A program made the translations under genes and the position numbers. A DNA stretch of 61,445 nt, filler included, from Basidiobolus meristosporus CBS 931.73 (Eukaryota; Fungi; Basidiobolomycota): assembly GCA_002104905.1 (NCBI GenBank). It is 4 parts of 4 records of this genome, joined end to end, with 100 filler letters (N's around TTAATTAATTAA, not from the genome) between each part and the next. Parts side by side here need not be neighbours in the genome. Positions count along the whole stretch, not along the records: positions 21,263 to 42,562 come from MCFE01000992.1; 3 more parts are not named here. The stretch is one strand, 5' to 3'. Shown here one piece after another: positions 21,263 through 36,350 of the stretch. How positions within the stretch are numbered: position 1 is the stretch's first letter; each line of letters begins with the position of its first letter. The notes below the pieces were generated by a model that worked only from the letters and a program-made list of their open reading frames with translations, was not told the DNA's origin and made no database searches.

Positions 21263-22310
21263 CCTTGTGAAACCATCTCCACCAAGAGTACATTGGAAGC
21301 ATTGGGGGTCATATGTTGACATTGAAGGAATATTTATCCAGAAACAGATCACCTTTGCCAACTTGACACCTCAGCAGCTTTTATGTAAGGAGTTTGTGAC
21401 AGGATTTGAGTAGCTATACTACAAGCATAAGGGTGAATATGTAGATAGCTGTCACTACAGTCTCCATCCTCTACTCCTTCTTGCTTAGTGTGTGGGAAAT
21501 ATTGTGCCTTGTTTTACCTCTTGGGAGTGTCCTATAGAGCAGATATGTGGGGGGATAGGAAGACAAGTCAAGTTACCAGAACTACTGTATCCCAATTGCA
21601 TCCAAATTATTATCTTCAAGTCTGCTGTAGATGTGATGAGTTGGCACACAGAGGACTGCCAGGAAGAGTAGGAAAATACTGAGGACAGATGTGCACATGG
21701 AGACACCTATGCCTTTGGCAATAAGAATCTAAGCAGTGTCAATGTGTGGATAATCAGCTACGTAATGCTAACTTGGGTTTGGCACAACAAGCAACCAATT
21801 TTTATTAGGACAACTTCACAAAGTATATCAGGTTTCTCTTGGTTACAAGCTAGCTTCCATACCATTCACTGCAGGAATTGCATAAACAAGGACTAGAGTA
21901 CACCTAAAAGCAGGACTAGAATCCAGGAGGGTTAAGGAATGTATTGGTTAAATACCATATGTTCTTTGCAGAAGATCAGGAGGTGTTTATGGCAACAGTG
22001 GTTGCAACCAAGAATAGGTTTGCAAGATACATATGCTACCGGCACTGCTAGGAAAATGGCAACCTTGTAAGTAATGCGCTAAAAAGCTGCAAAGTTGAGG
22101 TGATAGAAGTGCATCAATTGCAGCAGGTGTGCAATTTGAGGTAGAAAAGGAAGTACTATTTGGCATATTGTAGCAGTAGCATAATACAGAACTATCTGTA
22201 GGCTGTCATACTGCCATAATAATTTGAACACAGGCTTGCAACAAATTCATCAGGACTCTGTCAAGTTTGGTGTCATACAAGGTAATGGGATGTGCTGGCC
22301 AGTTAGGTCC
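21263..22310 (+). mobile_element. CACTA/EnSpm transposase relic (3' part and terminal region)
   Basis: Aligns with 25060-25570 and, inverted, with 30900-31750 of the Transposase_21-type copies. Confidence 0.65.
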
Positions 22311-22399
22311 CCCAAATAAGTGCAGAGCTCATCAACACCATTAAAATTCCATGCAGTTCCCATCAGAAGACTGCTAAAACACCATTAAGATTTTAGCTG

Positions 22400-25300
22400 T
22401 ATCCATTTGAAAAATAATTGTGATGATCCTGTTGAAAGGCCATCACAAAATTAGAGTCCAGCAACTAAGAGATGTTGATCCCATTATGAAACTGTGCAAA
22501 GACTGCTAAAATAATTGTGCCCCAAATGTTACAAAAAACTTAGTCAAGATTTACCATCACAACAATACATGAGTGGTTGTTGATTCATCCTCTGCCAGTT
22601 TGCTCACTCTATGATCCCAGACACTCAATCACCTCTTATATTTTGTATGTTGGTTGGCTATTGCCTCTTTTTCACACTCCTGACTTCTTGATTCAGCCAA
22701 TTCTCTTACTTTTCATGCATACAACTTGCTTTATTACCTTCAAAACCTCAGTTGTACTTTAATTGAAATTGTAATGACCTATAGAAGTCTCTTTACCCAA
22801 CACCAACATAAAGCCTAACCCCACACTCAAGAAGTAACTCAATTGAAGTCCATTATACAATAAGTATTTCAGCAGTAATACCCTGTTTCCATGCCATACT
22901 GGTGCATCTATTTTGACCTGCTTGTCCCTTGGCAACACTCTTTCAGCCTTGTTTATTGCAAGCTCTAGGGGAAGCAACTGGCTTTTAGCTGTGGCACCCT
23001 TGTTCTTGTGCCTTTGATAATCTCTACTATTCTTGGGATGCACACTTAGTTATCCAATGCTGACCCAAAATTGGTTGGCTTGCTTGAGTCCATGATATGC
23101 TCATGGAACAGTTCAAGTGCATTGAGCTTGGCTTTGAGCTCCTGATGGTCCCATGGTATATCAGCCTTAAGCTGATGCCATGCTAGACTTCTGAAGGACA
23201 CTTGGTGATTACACAGCTCTTCATTGCTTCACTCAATGGCTTCACAAATTGTCAATGTCTTTTGATTTCCAGGATTGGATATAATCACCACAGTTGTTCC
23301 CTCCCAGGCTGCAATAGGTTTTACTGTGAGCTTCATTTTTGGGTACTGTTGATGAGCTTAAAAAACCATACAGTCTTCCTCTACTGTTATACTGAAATGG
23401 CTCAACTCTTGGCTGTGACACTGAGCTACTCAAGTTCCTTCATTGCAGCAAATATAATATATTCCCTATCTGGGATAATGGTTACTCTACACAAGTTATT
23501 TGCCCATGCTGTCACCTTGCACAAACTGAGTCAGGTGAGTTTACAAAGCCTTTTGGCTCATCTCAGCCTTATGAATATGGCACACAGAGTGATAGCTCTG
23601 AAGAAGACGGCTCACTGATGGATTCTGAGCCTATCTCCTCTAACAACAGTGTTGCTGTATGAGCCCAGCAAAATCCCAATATGCATTGAGACAAAGACTG
23701 CAGAAAAAACACCAAGGAGACTTTATGGCACCAAGTGAGCCCAGCACACCATTTGCTGGTGACTGATGTGATGTTGTGGCTAGTGAAGTGGCGTGTTTCC
23801 ACAAATATCAGTAATGGGGGCCTGAGATTTAGACCTACCCCTTGTCAAAATTATTCCAGGATGCAACTTACCATCTGCATAGTACAAATGGACAGCTGTC
23901 ATGAGGCTGGCAACATATGATCTAGAGGCTGCACTGATACTGGCATGTGTTAACAGCTTCATGATATTCACATCAGAAAATATCACCATTGCAAGGTGTG
24001 CAACTTGTTATGAATCCACTACCAAAGGAGGAAAACATTGATCACACTTTGGATATGTTCCAGTAACACCCTATTTAAAGAAGTTCATGCTGGCTAATAA
24101 ATATTGCAAAGCTATATATTACTGCACTCAGTATCAATCAAGCACAAACATCTTCAATATATTAGACAGCAATTGTTACAAACAATGCAGAAGCAAGGGC
24201 TACTTTTAGGGCATGTTTGACTATGTTTTTGCCTTAGCACTTGACAGGTTCTCATTAAACAAGTACTCTAAAGGCAAGTCCTGCTTACCACTGATTTTCA
24301 TTAACCTTGGTCTGCTGCCTATCCTATGGTATTTTGCAGAAATCTATCGTGGTCTCACTAATATCTGAGCCTAGATTACCATCCAACCTGTACAGATACC
24401 TGTATTCATTGCTGGATGAATCTGGTATGCTTTCCAGTGGGATACCACTAAATGGCCATTAGATCAAAGCGCATTGTATTGTCTGCATTGAAGATACCCC
24501 TGCCATCAGAAAGATAGCTGGCTTTTCTGTGCACAATGTAGTGTATTGCTGTTGAATGTTTGGGATCCCAGGGATTTACTCCATAACTCTCACATAATAT
24601 TAATAACCAAGCATCAACACTAAAAACATAATCTACCCACAGAGAGAACATATCAAAGTCAGCATGCAATTTCAGCAAGGTTGGCAACCTATAATCAATT
24701 GGCCACAATATTGAATTAGTTAGAAACTGGAGTTACTAAAGAGAGGAGGTATCTTTTAGAGCAAAAGCTGTCCACTGGGAGCAATGCATTTGCTCTCCAA
24801 TAATATCCATATATTCATGACCAAGTTGTACATGGGGTATTTCTAGCTGAATGAGCCCCTTAAGATACCAGAGAAATTTGAAACAACTGGCCAGATATTA
24901 CAGAGTTGGCTATATATTACAGGGTGTCTGCAGCTAAAGGTACTTCAGACCAGCTCCAATCAATATTCATATTCATATGCAAGAATGCAAATGTAAGGAC
25001 TGGAACAACTAGATATGTATTTATGCTAGTGGCCCATTCAAGCCATTTCTATCAAGAATACATTTGAAGCATTGGGAGTCATATGTTGACATTGTAGGAG
25101 TATTTATCCAGAAGCAAATTACCTATGCCAACTTGACACCTCAGCAGCTTTTATGTAAGGGAGGTTGTGATAGGATTTGAGCAGCTATACTACAAGCATA
25201 AAGGTGAATGTGTAGATCTTGGCTGCTACTGTATTCATTCTCTACTCCATCTTGCTAGGTGAGTGGAAAATGTTGGGCTTTGCTTCACCTTTTGGTAGTT

Positions 25301-25600
25301 TCTGATGGAGTGGATGTGTGGGGAGATAGGAAGACAAGTCAATTTTCAGGTACTGTCATATCCAGTCTCATTAAGAGTCTTACCTTTATGTCTCTCATGG
25401 ATGTGATGAATTGGCAAATGGAGGACAGGCTAGAAGAGTTAGAAAATGCTGATGACAGATTTGAGCATGGAAACACTTATGTCATTGGCATTAAGAAACT
25501 AAGCAGCCCCAATGTGTGGGTATTCAGTGAAGAAATGTAGAGTTGGGTTGGATGCAACAAGCAATTAATTGTTTTGGGACAACTTTACCAAGGTATGCTG
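22400..25600 (+). mobile_element. Degenerate CACTA/EnSpm element: accessory ORF relic (minus, ~22760-23450) and transposase relic (plus, ~23530-25570)
   Basis: Inverse homology to 30900-35300; broken Transposase_21 motifs; terminal motif CCATTTGAAAAATAA near 22403. Confidence 0.7.
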
Positions 25601-25639
25601 GGCTTCACCCAGTCCCAAGCCAATTTTTACATCATTTAA

Positions 25640-28620
25640 TATAATGCCCTTCTATAAATATGGGAGTGGAATCCTTTAAGTACCATAAGAAAGAATGGAG
25701 TGCCATCAACAGCATCTGTTTAAATATGAAAGAACAATGGCTAATTCAATGCTCAAGAGCAAAAGTGGCTAAGAATGCTTGTAGAGCATTAGGAGGCACC
25801 TCTCAGTTGTGTTCAGCTGCTATGAAAATGTATCTTATACAAAAATATGTTACTACAAAGTCACTGCCAGGAGAAGAAATGAAAAATCTAATTAACTAAA
25901 TTACTCTGCTAGTGGAAGAGATGGAATCTGTCAACATACCTACCTCTGATTAGTACATGATAGTTACCATCCTGAATAGCCTGACACATAGGTTTTATGG
26001 CCATGTATCAGCCTTAGATTCCAGAGCTGGAAGTTTGACCTCATATTGTATATATGGAAGGCTCATGGAAGAAAAATCAAGAAAATCAAGCTAAACAAGA
26101 AGGAAGGAGAAAATGCTTTAATAGTCAGCAATAACTAAGCAAGGATATGCCTATGACCCTTTAAAGAAAATAGCAATCTGTCTTGTAACTGCGGCAAAAG
26201 GAAGGGACAATCATCAGACCCTACCTAAATCTGCACTAAATATGATGATAAGCAACTCTTTACAAACATAAAGAAATTCCAATTAAGAAGGTTTTCATGG
26301 GTGATGATAGAACATTTGATACAGTGGGAGAAGGAACTATCCATGTAAACCTTAGGCGCAGTGAAGAAAGTCATACGCTGACCATCAAAGAAGTACACTT
26401 TGTACCAGAAATAGCCAAGTTTCTACTATCTGTAAGCAAGGCAGTAACAGAATGACTTGGTTTTAGCTTTGCCAGCTCTGGATGCAGGATTACTGATCAG
26501 ATGGTGCCCATACTGCTTTGGATATTGGAGATCAGAATCTGGACTACTGACTTCTATTCCATTATATATGGAAGCCAATATAAGTAACCTGACTGAAGAT
26601 TCACCAATGCTTTAGCACAGGAGATTTGAACACATCAGTTTTGATTATTAGAGCAAAACTACCAAATATTTGTTAATTTTCAGAGTAATAATTGATCCCC
26701 CAGCTAGTTTGTAGTACAGTGAAGCCTTCATATATGGTAAACAAGCCAGGGGAATGTTTAAGATCTCTCTGCTAATAAAGACTAAGAAGAAATAGAGTTT
26801 GATTCACTCGGATCTGTGTAGACCTATGCAAAATTTATCCTTGGGTGGGATGAAGTATTTGAGCACTTGTATTGATCATCATACAAGATACATATGTGTC
26901 TACTTCATGGAAAGAATGGAGGATGCTCTGTCTATGCTCAGGGAGCTTAAAGCCATGGTGGAGAGAGAAATTGGTAAAAAAATCAAGAAAATATGCTCCA
27001 GCAATGGTGGAGAATATAGCTCAAAACTCTTCTACCTCTTCTGCAAATTTGTGAGATAAAGCAAGAGACTACTATGCAATACTCCCAATAGCAAACTGTA
27101 GTAGCAGAATGTGCATGCAATCAGTAATTGATGTGGCAAAATCTATGATCTATGATCAATAATTATCATATGATTTTTAGGCAGAATCATATGCCGCATA
27201 TGTATATTTTAAAAGTAGGAGTTATAACAGAGTACTTTGTGATTCTGATCCACTTGAAGCATGTTATGAATACAGACCAAGTGAAGTGTTATGATCTGCC
27301 ACTTGAGTGTTTAAGTTAGATCAGTTTTAGTCAAATCAACTAGTTATATGTTTAGCTTATCAGTATATCTGTTTGATCTATCAAATCAGTAGCATTAGTC
27401 AGCAAATGAATCAGCAGGTCCTTATCAGACAGAAATAGATATAATAAGTAAGGTCTTATTGGGTGATGATGATGAAATCAAATGAGTCATCAGCCATAGC
27501 CTACATTGAGAATTACAATTAGTCAGCAATTCATCTGGCAAAATGTACATAAGAAGCTGCTGGAGCCTCAATAAAGATCAGTTCAAGTTTTAGTGAATAC
27601 AATTCTAGCTAGCCTCCCTAATCCTCTACAACTCTTATACCAAGACTTGTAACAGAAGAATATCTAAGAATATCTGGGTGTAGAGTATATGCCAAGAAAT
27701 TATTTCAGATGATGACAAAAATCTTATCTCAAGTCCACTTTATCAATCTGGTGGACTCTACAACCATGGTTCAGTCTGAATCAGTGCCTGGCATTATCAT
27801 AGAAGTGGTAATTTGGAATCACAAACCAGGAGATCCGACTGACCAGAAATAGCCCAAATCTCTATATCAACAAGGGTGCACATTGCAACAGAGACCTTAG
27901 AAAGCCCTTAGACAAGGTTTTGGAGTTCTTCAATAACTGAGGAGTGTCAGGCCCTGATGAAAAATCAGACTTGTGACTTTGTCAAGTAAGCAATGTACAG
28001 CAATTCAAATGGATGCAGATGGGTCATCAAGACAAAATATAACATTGATGGTACAGTTAAAAGATACAAAGCAAGACTTGTAGCCAAAGGATACTCTCAA
28101 GCAAAAGGAATTGGCTATAGTGAGACCTTTACACCAGTACTCAAGTTTAATTCATCAGATCAATGTTGGCATTGCTGCCAAATGTAAGTTTCTATTACAT
28201 CATATGGATGTAAAAACTGCATTTTGAACAAAAAGCATGATGAGGAGATGTATATGGACCAGCCAGATAGGTTTGTTGACCAAGATAACACCCATTTGGT
28301 CTGTAAGCTTAAAAAATCTCTATATGCACTCATACAATCACCAAAAGCCTGGAATTGCCAGCTAGAATCTTATTTGAAATCTTTAAGTTTCAAAAGGAGC
28401 AATTCTGACTATAGTGTATATTATAAGCCAGATAGAGCAATTTCACTCCTATAGCTCTATATGTAGAAGATCTAATTATAGCCACTAATAACCTAAATAC
28501 ATTGAAAGAGACTAGATCCAGCCTATTTAGAGAGTTCAAGAAATCCAATCTATGAGGACTCAGTTACTACTTAGGGAAATAGTTCTCCATGGACAGAAGA
28601 ACCCCAACTATCACCCTAAG
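25640..28620 (+). mobile_element. Degenerate Ty1/Copia gag-protease-integrase-RT relic
   Basis: IHSDLCRP..CIDHHTRY..NGGEY (integrase), [20 protein letters not shown] and MYMDQPD..CKLKKSLYAL (RT); collinear with 51019-53450. Confidence 0.88.
27287..27654. mobile_element. Solo LTR (368 bp) inserted in the Copia integrase relic
   Basis: TGTTATGA...TGTAACA termini, GAAG on both flanks (4-bp TSD); Copia sequence resumes collinearly. Confidence 0.8.
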
Positions 28621-28629
28621 ACAGTCTGA

Positions 28630-30520
28630 GTATATTCAAGATACACTAATGATATTGGAAGTGATTGGGAGCACAAGTAGATTATGTGGTCTTCACTTAA
28701 TGATTTATTGAATGTAAAGTAGTATTTATACTTTTACATGGTCTTGGGATTACAAACACATAAAATACGCTAAGAAAGGTACCAAGAATATGTGTGCCAA
28801 GTTTGGCGCTGTTTGGACAACCTTGAGATTTTCATATGCTGGGTACCTGCTATTTTGGTGAAAATATTATTAGCAAATCCTGACAAGGAATTTAGACAGT
28901 GTTTTTTAGAATTTAAAGGTAATGATCTAAGTGACTAAGCTATGTGAATATTTAGGTAGATTTACAAATTTTCACAACACTCCCACTAAGCTAAATGTTT
29001 ATACTGACTAGTCTTGATTTTGACTTAAGATACTCAAACTTGTCTCCAGCTAATGGTTTGGTATATATGTCTGCAATCATTTCATCTGTAGGATAGTAAG
29101 CTAGTTTAGCCAAGCTATTTTCTATCACTTCACATATGAAATGATGTCCAATGTCTATGTACTTAGTTTTAGCATGAACAGTGCAACTTCTACATAATTG
29201 TATACATCCTTATTTTTCTTGAAACAAAGTAATTGGTGTTTTTTGACATAGGCTTAAATCTATAAAAGCTTCTTAGCCACATTGCTTCTTTGGCAGCTTC
29301 AAAGGCCTCCCTATACTCTGCCTCTGTGGCAGAAAGTGCTAGGGTTGGTTGCTCTCTTGAATTCTATGAAATTGCTCCTTGACAGTAAAAAAAGGTGTCT
29401 CCTGTGGTGGATCTTCTGACTTCTAAACTTTGTCCCCTATCAGCATCAGAGAATCCCACAAGATACTGTTCTGAATCCTTATAAGTATATCTTAGGCATA
29501 TATCAGCAGCTGCTTTTAGGTGTCTAAAAATCCTCTTAACTGCTGCAATAGGATCATATCCATTGTTCTGATTATGCTAGCTGGCAATTCCTACTGAATG
29601 TGAGATATCTGGACATGTCCCAAGCATGATATACATCAGACTGCCAACCATAGATCAATAAGGGAAGTCCAAGCATTCAGATGGCACCAAGGTGTCTCAA
29701 TTTGGTTGAGTTTTGACCCAGTTAAGATTTGTCCCCATTGGGGTAGCCGCTGGTTTACAGTATTCCATTTGGTACTTATTAGGTATATCTTGAATATACT
29801 TGGATTGCTTAGGGTGATAGTCTGGGTACTTCTGTCTATAGAGAACATTATCCCCAAGTAGTAACTAAGCTCTCCTAGATTGGACATCTTGAACTCCTTT
29901 GGAAATCACAGATTCCAAATAAGAATCTATCTTGCAATTCCAGGCTCTTAGTGATTATTTGAGACCATATAGAGATTTTTCAAGCTTGCAGATCAAATGG
30001 TAGTTATCTTGGTCAGCCAACCTATCAGGCTGGTCTATATACATGCCCTCATCAAGCTTTCTATTCAAGAATGCAGTTTTTACTACTGTTTGATGTATAG
30101 AAAACAGATTTTTGGCTGTAACAGCCAATATTAATCAGAAGGAATTAAACTTGGCTACTAGTGCAAGGGTCTCTGTATAGCCAAGTCCTTTTGTTAGAGA
30201 GTATCCTTTGGCTGCAAGTCTTGCTTTTTATCTTTCAGTTGTACCATGAGCCTTGCACTTTGTCTTAAAGACCCATCTGCATCCAATTGATTTTGGTCAA
30301 TTAGTAATTTGACCTAGTCCCAAGTTTGCTTTTCAGTCAGGGCCTGATATTCCTCAGCAGTTGCAGATCTCCAAAGCCTTGTCTGAGAGCTATATAGGGC
30401 CTCCTTTACAGTCTGGGGCTCATCAACATGGACTCAATAGGTGTGGGCTAGGTTTGTACCCTCATTGATATAGTAATTTTGGCTATTTCTTGTCCAGTAG
30501 AATCTCCAGGCATTTGATAC
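28630..30520 (-). mobile_element. Degenerate Copia 3' part: RT-RNase H relic and 3' LTR (~28630-28979)
   Basis: LGELSYYLGI RT motif (ORF 29636..29887), purine tract GTGGGAG next to LTR ending TCACAACA. Confidence 0.85.
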
Positions 30521-30576
30521 TATAATGTCACTTCTAGGATATTTTTGGGCACTAATTCAGGCTGAGCCACAATTGC

Positions 30577-33500
30577 CCCGTGAAAAATAATTTGGTCCCA
30601 CAGGTGGATCCAATCCGGATCACCTGTCAAGATCCCATTTAGAGACCTTCAAAATACCAGCAGCTTGGAATTAGTGACCCTCCTAACAATCTTATGATGG
30701 GATTATGATGGTGTTTTGCTAATTTTACAGTGCTGTGACAATATTTGCATGGTACTGTTGCAGTCTTTTAGCGCTCTACAACTATTTTAAGTGGATCCAG
30801 TTGGCCAGGACATCCAATTGCCTTATATGGCAAGAAACTTGACAGTATTTTGATGGCCTTGCAGCAAGACTCTGATGGCACTATATTGGCAGTATAATGG
30901 CCTACTGCTGGATCTGTATAATGCTACTGTACCAATCTACCAAATGGTATTTCCTTTTTCTGCCTCCCCTTGTGCAAATCATATATTCCACTGTAGAATC
31001 ACCCCTCTTTGTTTGCTTACCCACTGCTATGTTGGGTATTCCACATATAGTTTGAATCAAAAAAAACTATGGCCTCCTGCTTACTAACCTCTACAAACAC
31101 ACACACCTGCTGCAATTGACATACTTCTATCACCTTAACTTTATGGCTTTTTAGTGTTATACTTGCAGAGTTGCCATATACCTTGTACTGCTGGTAACAT
31201 ATCATCTTGCAAACATATGCTTGGTTGTTGCCACTTCTGCCATGAATACCTCCTGAATATCCGCAAAGAACTTCTTGGTATTTAGCCAATATGTTCCTTC
31301 TCCCTGCTGGATTCCAGTCCCCCCTATAGGTGCCCTCTGGCTTTTGTTTGTGTGAACTCCATATTGAATGGTATGGAAGTTGGCTTGTGACCATGAGAAA
31401 TCCGTCATATCTTGGTAGAGTTTTCCTGATAAAAACTAGTTGCTTGTTGCACCTAACCCAAGTTTGCATTTCTTAACTGATTGCCCACACATTGGAGCTG
31501 CTTAGCTTCTTAATGCCATAGGCATAGGTGTCTCCATGGGCACATTTGTCCTCAGTATTTTCCAACTCTTTCTGGCTGTCCTCCATGTGCCAACTCATCA
31601 CATCCATGATGGACTTGAAGGTAATATTCTTAATGAGATTATTATATGGTAGTACATACAACTTGACTTGTCTTATTCCTACAATGTCCACATATGACTC
31701 CCAGTGCTTCCAATGTACTCTGGGTAAGAATGGCTTCAGAACACCACTTAAATAAATACATATCCAGTTCATCCAGTCTTTGCATTTGTATTATTGCATA
31801 TGTATATAAATATTAATTGGAGCTCATGAGAAGTACTTAGGGTAGCAGACACTCTGTAATATCTTGCCAATTCTTTCAAATTTCTCTGGTGCCTCAAAGG
31901 GCTCATTTAGCTTAAAATGCCCATGTACAACTTGGTCATCAGTATAGGAATATTGTTGAAAAGCAAATGCATTGCTCCCAGTGGAAAGCTTTTGCTCCAA
32001 CAGATACCCTCTATCTTAAGTATCTCTGGTTTCCAATTGATTCCATGTTCTGGCCAATGGATTATAGCTTGCCAACTTTGCTGCAATTGCATGCTTACTT
32101 CTATACATTCTCTCTGTGGAAAGATGATGTTCTTAGTGCTGGTGTTTGGATAATAATAATATGTGTGAGTTATGGAGTAAATCCCCTGGATCTCACATAT
32201 TCAACAGCAATACCATCCATTGTGCCCGGAAAAACCTGCTATCTTGCTGATGGCTGGGGTATCTCCAATGCAGATAATAGTATATGCTTTTACACAACAG
32301 CCATTTACTGTTATCCTGCAGGAAAGCATACAAAACTCATCCAGCAATGGATACATGTAGCTATCCAGGTTGGATGGTGATTTAGGCCCAGATACCAGTG
32401 AGACTACCATCAGATTATTTCTCTGATACCGTAAGATGGGCAGCAGATTCAGGTTGATGAGAATCAGTGGCCAGCAGGATTTGCTGGTAGAGTATCTGTT
32501 TAATGAGAATCCATCAAGTGCTAAAGCAAAGGCATGGCCATACATACCTTCAAAGTAGCCCTTGCTTCTTAGCTGTTTGAAATGTTTGCCATCAAATATA
32601 TTGGATATGTTTGTGCTTGATTGATACTAGGTGTGGTACTTTATAGCTTTGCAATATTTGTTGGACTGCACCAGCTTCCTCAGATGGGGTATGACTTGAA
32701 TATATCTGGAGTGTGAACAATGTTTTCCCTCAATGGTGGTGGATTCCTGACAATTTGGACACATTGCAATGGTAGCATTTTTGGATGTGAATGCCATGCA
32801 ACTGTTAACACATGCTGGAATCAGCACAGTCTCTAGATCATATGTTGCCAGCCGCATGACAGTTGTCCACTTGTACCATGTACATGGTAAGTTGCGTCCT
32901 GGTATGATTTTGGCAAGAAGTAGTAATAAATCCTCAAAGCCCCCATTACTGATACTATTGGAAATGCTGTGGTAGGGTAAACATACCTCCTACAGACAAG
33001 TTAATTCATATAGTCATTATGATGTACTTATCCATATTTTATCTTATCAGTATTTTCCCATTCTTCTTTTGCCCATATTATCAGTATTATCCCCATATGA
33101 TGTTTACCCTGATTAGCTATTAGCATTAGTTATCCCAGATGTTATTCAGCTTTATGATCAGTATATGTATCTACATAAGGCAAGTACCCATGTCAGTACC
33201 TGTGACACATGACCTAAGTCTATGTTACCATCCCTACCATTTCAATACCATATATGGTATTTCTATGTTGCACAGGTTTCAGACTACTGATACCTGATTG
33301 GCTGGATGTGCTGCGCCTTTTAGAACCCTCCAGGACATTCTTGGCATATTTTTAGCTCATAGTGATGTCATCAAGAATTCCACTGATGCCTACAACAGTA
33401 CATCTCAGACCTGCCATCAAGGAGCTTTTCAGGGTAGTGCACAAGACACACAGAGGCCTTTGGAGACACTTGGAGCACCTAGGAAGCTAGAGAAGCAGGA

Positions 33501-36350
33501 GCTTTTACAATAGTGACATATTGACAAAGACACCAGCAGTTTAGACACAGAGGTTATTGCACCCAACAGACACCTCACACACCTTGAGTTGTGTAGCTTC
33601 TCCCTGGAGTACCTCTACAACGCACCACTTCTTTAGCCACAAGATTACTTCATTCTCCAGTAGATGGATTACTGGGCTCACTTGGCTCCATAAAGTATCC
33701 TTGGCATTTGTTTCAACAGGTGTTATCTAACTGCGTATAGGGATTTGACCAGGCTCATATGTGATACTGTTGTTAGAGGAGATAGCCTCAAAATCCATCA
33801 GTGAACCTTCATTGTCAGAGCTATCACTCTGCGTGCCATATTCAGAAGGCTGAGGTGAGCCTAAAGGTGTCACAAACTCACCTGACTCAGTTTGTGCAAG
33901 GTGACAAAGACAGCCAGGTGCCAATATAGAAGTATCAACTGGCCAGCAAGATAATGTTGGTAAAGTAGTGACCAATGAATGGTCAAATATGACTTGGGTG
34001 GCAAAACACTTGTCATGATCCTTGTAATTCTTCCTATACTGTCTGTGTGCTTCATGGCTGAGAGGCTTGCCACAATAGCCACATAGTCTTTTTTCTCTTC
34101 TCTTACAGTGTTGCATTAAAGTAGTCATGTCCATGGGGCAAACAATTTGACCTTCAACAAACTAATACTATTATATCACTTTTTGGTCAATACTCATGTG
34201 AACTTAAGACAGTCTTGCATTTGAGACATTGCACCTACATGAATGTAAGATTTAATTATGACCCACCATAGTAAGCATTAAAAATAAATTTGTGGCACCA
34301 CATACACATGTATATGTAACACTATTTCCCCTTTGGTTTGACTTACTTCCATATATATGCCGCCAAAAAATAAAGCAAAGTTGTCTGGTTCTCAACCAAA
34401 CCCCACTGCTGATGGCAACAGAAGAACAGTTGGACAACAGCTTGCTTTGACATTCAGTGCAACAAGCAGGGCTACATCCAAAAAAGGCCCTGTGGACAGT
34501 GTGCCCATTGAAGGTAATTATGTGGACTCCTCAGGCTCTCAGTCAGGTAGGCAATTGAGAACCTATGTGGAGCCACAAGCTGACTGTTATGCTCAAGCAG
34601 ATGAGAATGTAGCAAATGCAGTACCCTCTGTTGAAGATCAGCAAGTGGGCATGATAACATCACCACCACCCATATTAGGAAGTATGTTGTCAGCTCCTAC
34701 CAAAGCATTAATTAAGTAGTTAGGTGCAGTGGCTGATAGGATAGATGCAATGGCCCAGAGAAATCAGGAAATAGCCCAGAAACAGGATGAGCAAATAATA
34801 CATGTAGAGCAATCAATATCCCAGGTAGAGAAAGCAGTATTTTTGCTGCAAAGAAGGAACTCAAGTAGCTAATGTCACAGCCAAGAATTGAGCCATTTCC
34901 CAACATAACAGCAGAGGAATACTGTACAGTCTTTGAAGCGCAACAACAGTGCCCAAAGATAAAGCCCACAGAGAAACCTATCACAGCATGGGAGGGAGAC
35001 AGTGTGGTGTTTATACCAAAGCTTAAAAATCAAAAGACATTGAAGATCTGTGAAGCCATTGAGTGCAATAATGAAGAGCGGGCTAATATACAAGAAGCCA
35101 TCAGAAGTCTAGCATGCCATCACCTTAAGGCTGGCATACCATGGGACCATCAGGAACTCAAAGCTAAGCAGAATGCACATGACTTGTTCCATGAGCATTA
35201 TCCTGGATTCAAGCAGGCAAACAGATTTTGGGCCAGCATTGGTGTGCCTAGAAAGTATCTTAAGAATAGCAGAAACTATCAAAGGCAGAAGAACTAGTGT
35301 GCCATGGCTAAAAACCAGCAGCTTCCTCAAGAGGCTGTTACAAGCAGGGTCAAAAGCTCCAGACAAGCATCAAAGAGATGTCAGGTAGCTGGAAGAGTGC
35401 CAATTAGGGACAAACAGACAGACACAGATACACCAGCATAACATTTATCAAGAAAAAAGCATAGTACCACTCAAGAAGCACCCAGTCAAAGTATGAGTGA
35501 AGGACTTGGCAGTGATAAAAACCAGCAGCTTTTACAGGAGCCTGTCACAACTACAGTTGGGAGCTCAAAATAAGCAGAAAAGAAATGTCAGGTTCCCAGA
35601 AGAGCTCCAGTAAGGGACAAGAAGGCCAAAACAGATGCATCAGAGCAGAATTTATCTAGGAGAAAACATAGTTCTATATAAGAAGCACTTAGACTAAGCA
35701 GCAGTGAAAGACCTGGCAGTGATAAACAAAAAGGTAAAGGGAAAAATGTCTACCAAAGCCTGAGACAGGGAGGCATGCAAGAAAAACTGCAGTTCTTACC
35801 AATTAACACCGCAAGCCAGAAACAGACTGAATCCCATCATAGCCAAGAAGAATTACCAACACAAAAACAGCTGTTTTCAAAGGAGTTGGAAGTGCAGTCA
35901 GATGAGCTACACCCCAGCAAGGTAGATGAGTTTGCTGAAAAAGACAATTTGTCTACCACAGCCTCTACAGCCTCCACATTCTCTATTGTTGACAGAGTGG
36001 AGATCCTGCTGACAGGCAAGGCTACAATGTCAAGAGCTCAGAAGACTATCACATTGCCTTCAGTGGAGTTTTGGAGCACTGATAGGCACACCAAGATGTT
36101 GCAGCACTTCTTCAAGAGCAGTGCTCAAGAAAATGCACTGGAATATTGCAAGAATTCATTGCAAAGACTGGCAGATGAGGAGCTAGACCTTGCAGTGCCA
36201 GCTTAAGACCAGGATGTGTGAGAACCAGTGAATGAACAGTGGCATAAAGCTGTTGGGTTCCCACCAAAGTTGTGAAACCAGAGTGTACAGCAGAAATACT
36301 TATTGAGTGGTGGATTTTAATGGAGCTACCTGTTAAGTGTGGGGTTGAGC
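30577..36350 (-). mobile_element. Degenerate CACTA/EnSpm element: Transposase_21-type relic (minus, ~30900-34250) and divergent accessory ORF relic (plus, 34357-36206)
   Basis: ALALDGF..CWPLILINLNL..SGPKSPSNLDSYMYPLLDEF..GDTPAISKIAGFSGHNG; terminus CCCGTGAAAAATAA at 30577. Confidence 0.8.
32968..33619 (+). mobile_element. Solo LTR (652 bp) inserted in the CACTA transposase
   Basis: TGTGGTAGGG...CCTCTACA; flanks ATGC/ACGC (4-bp TSD differing by one CpG transition); host sequence collinear with 23790-23820. Confidence 0.75.
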
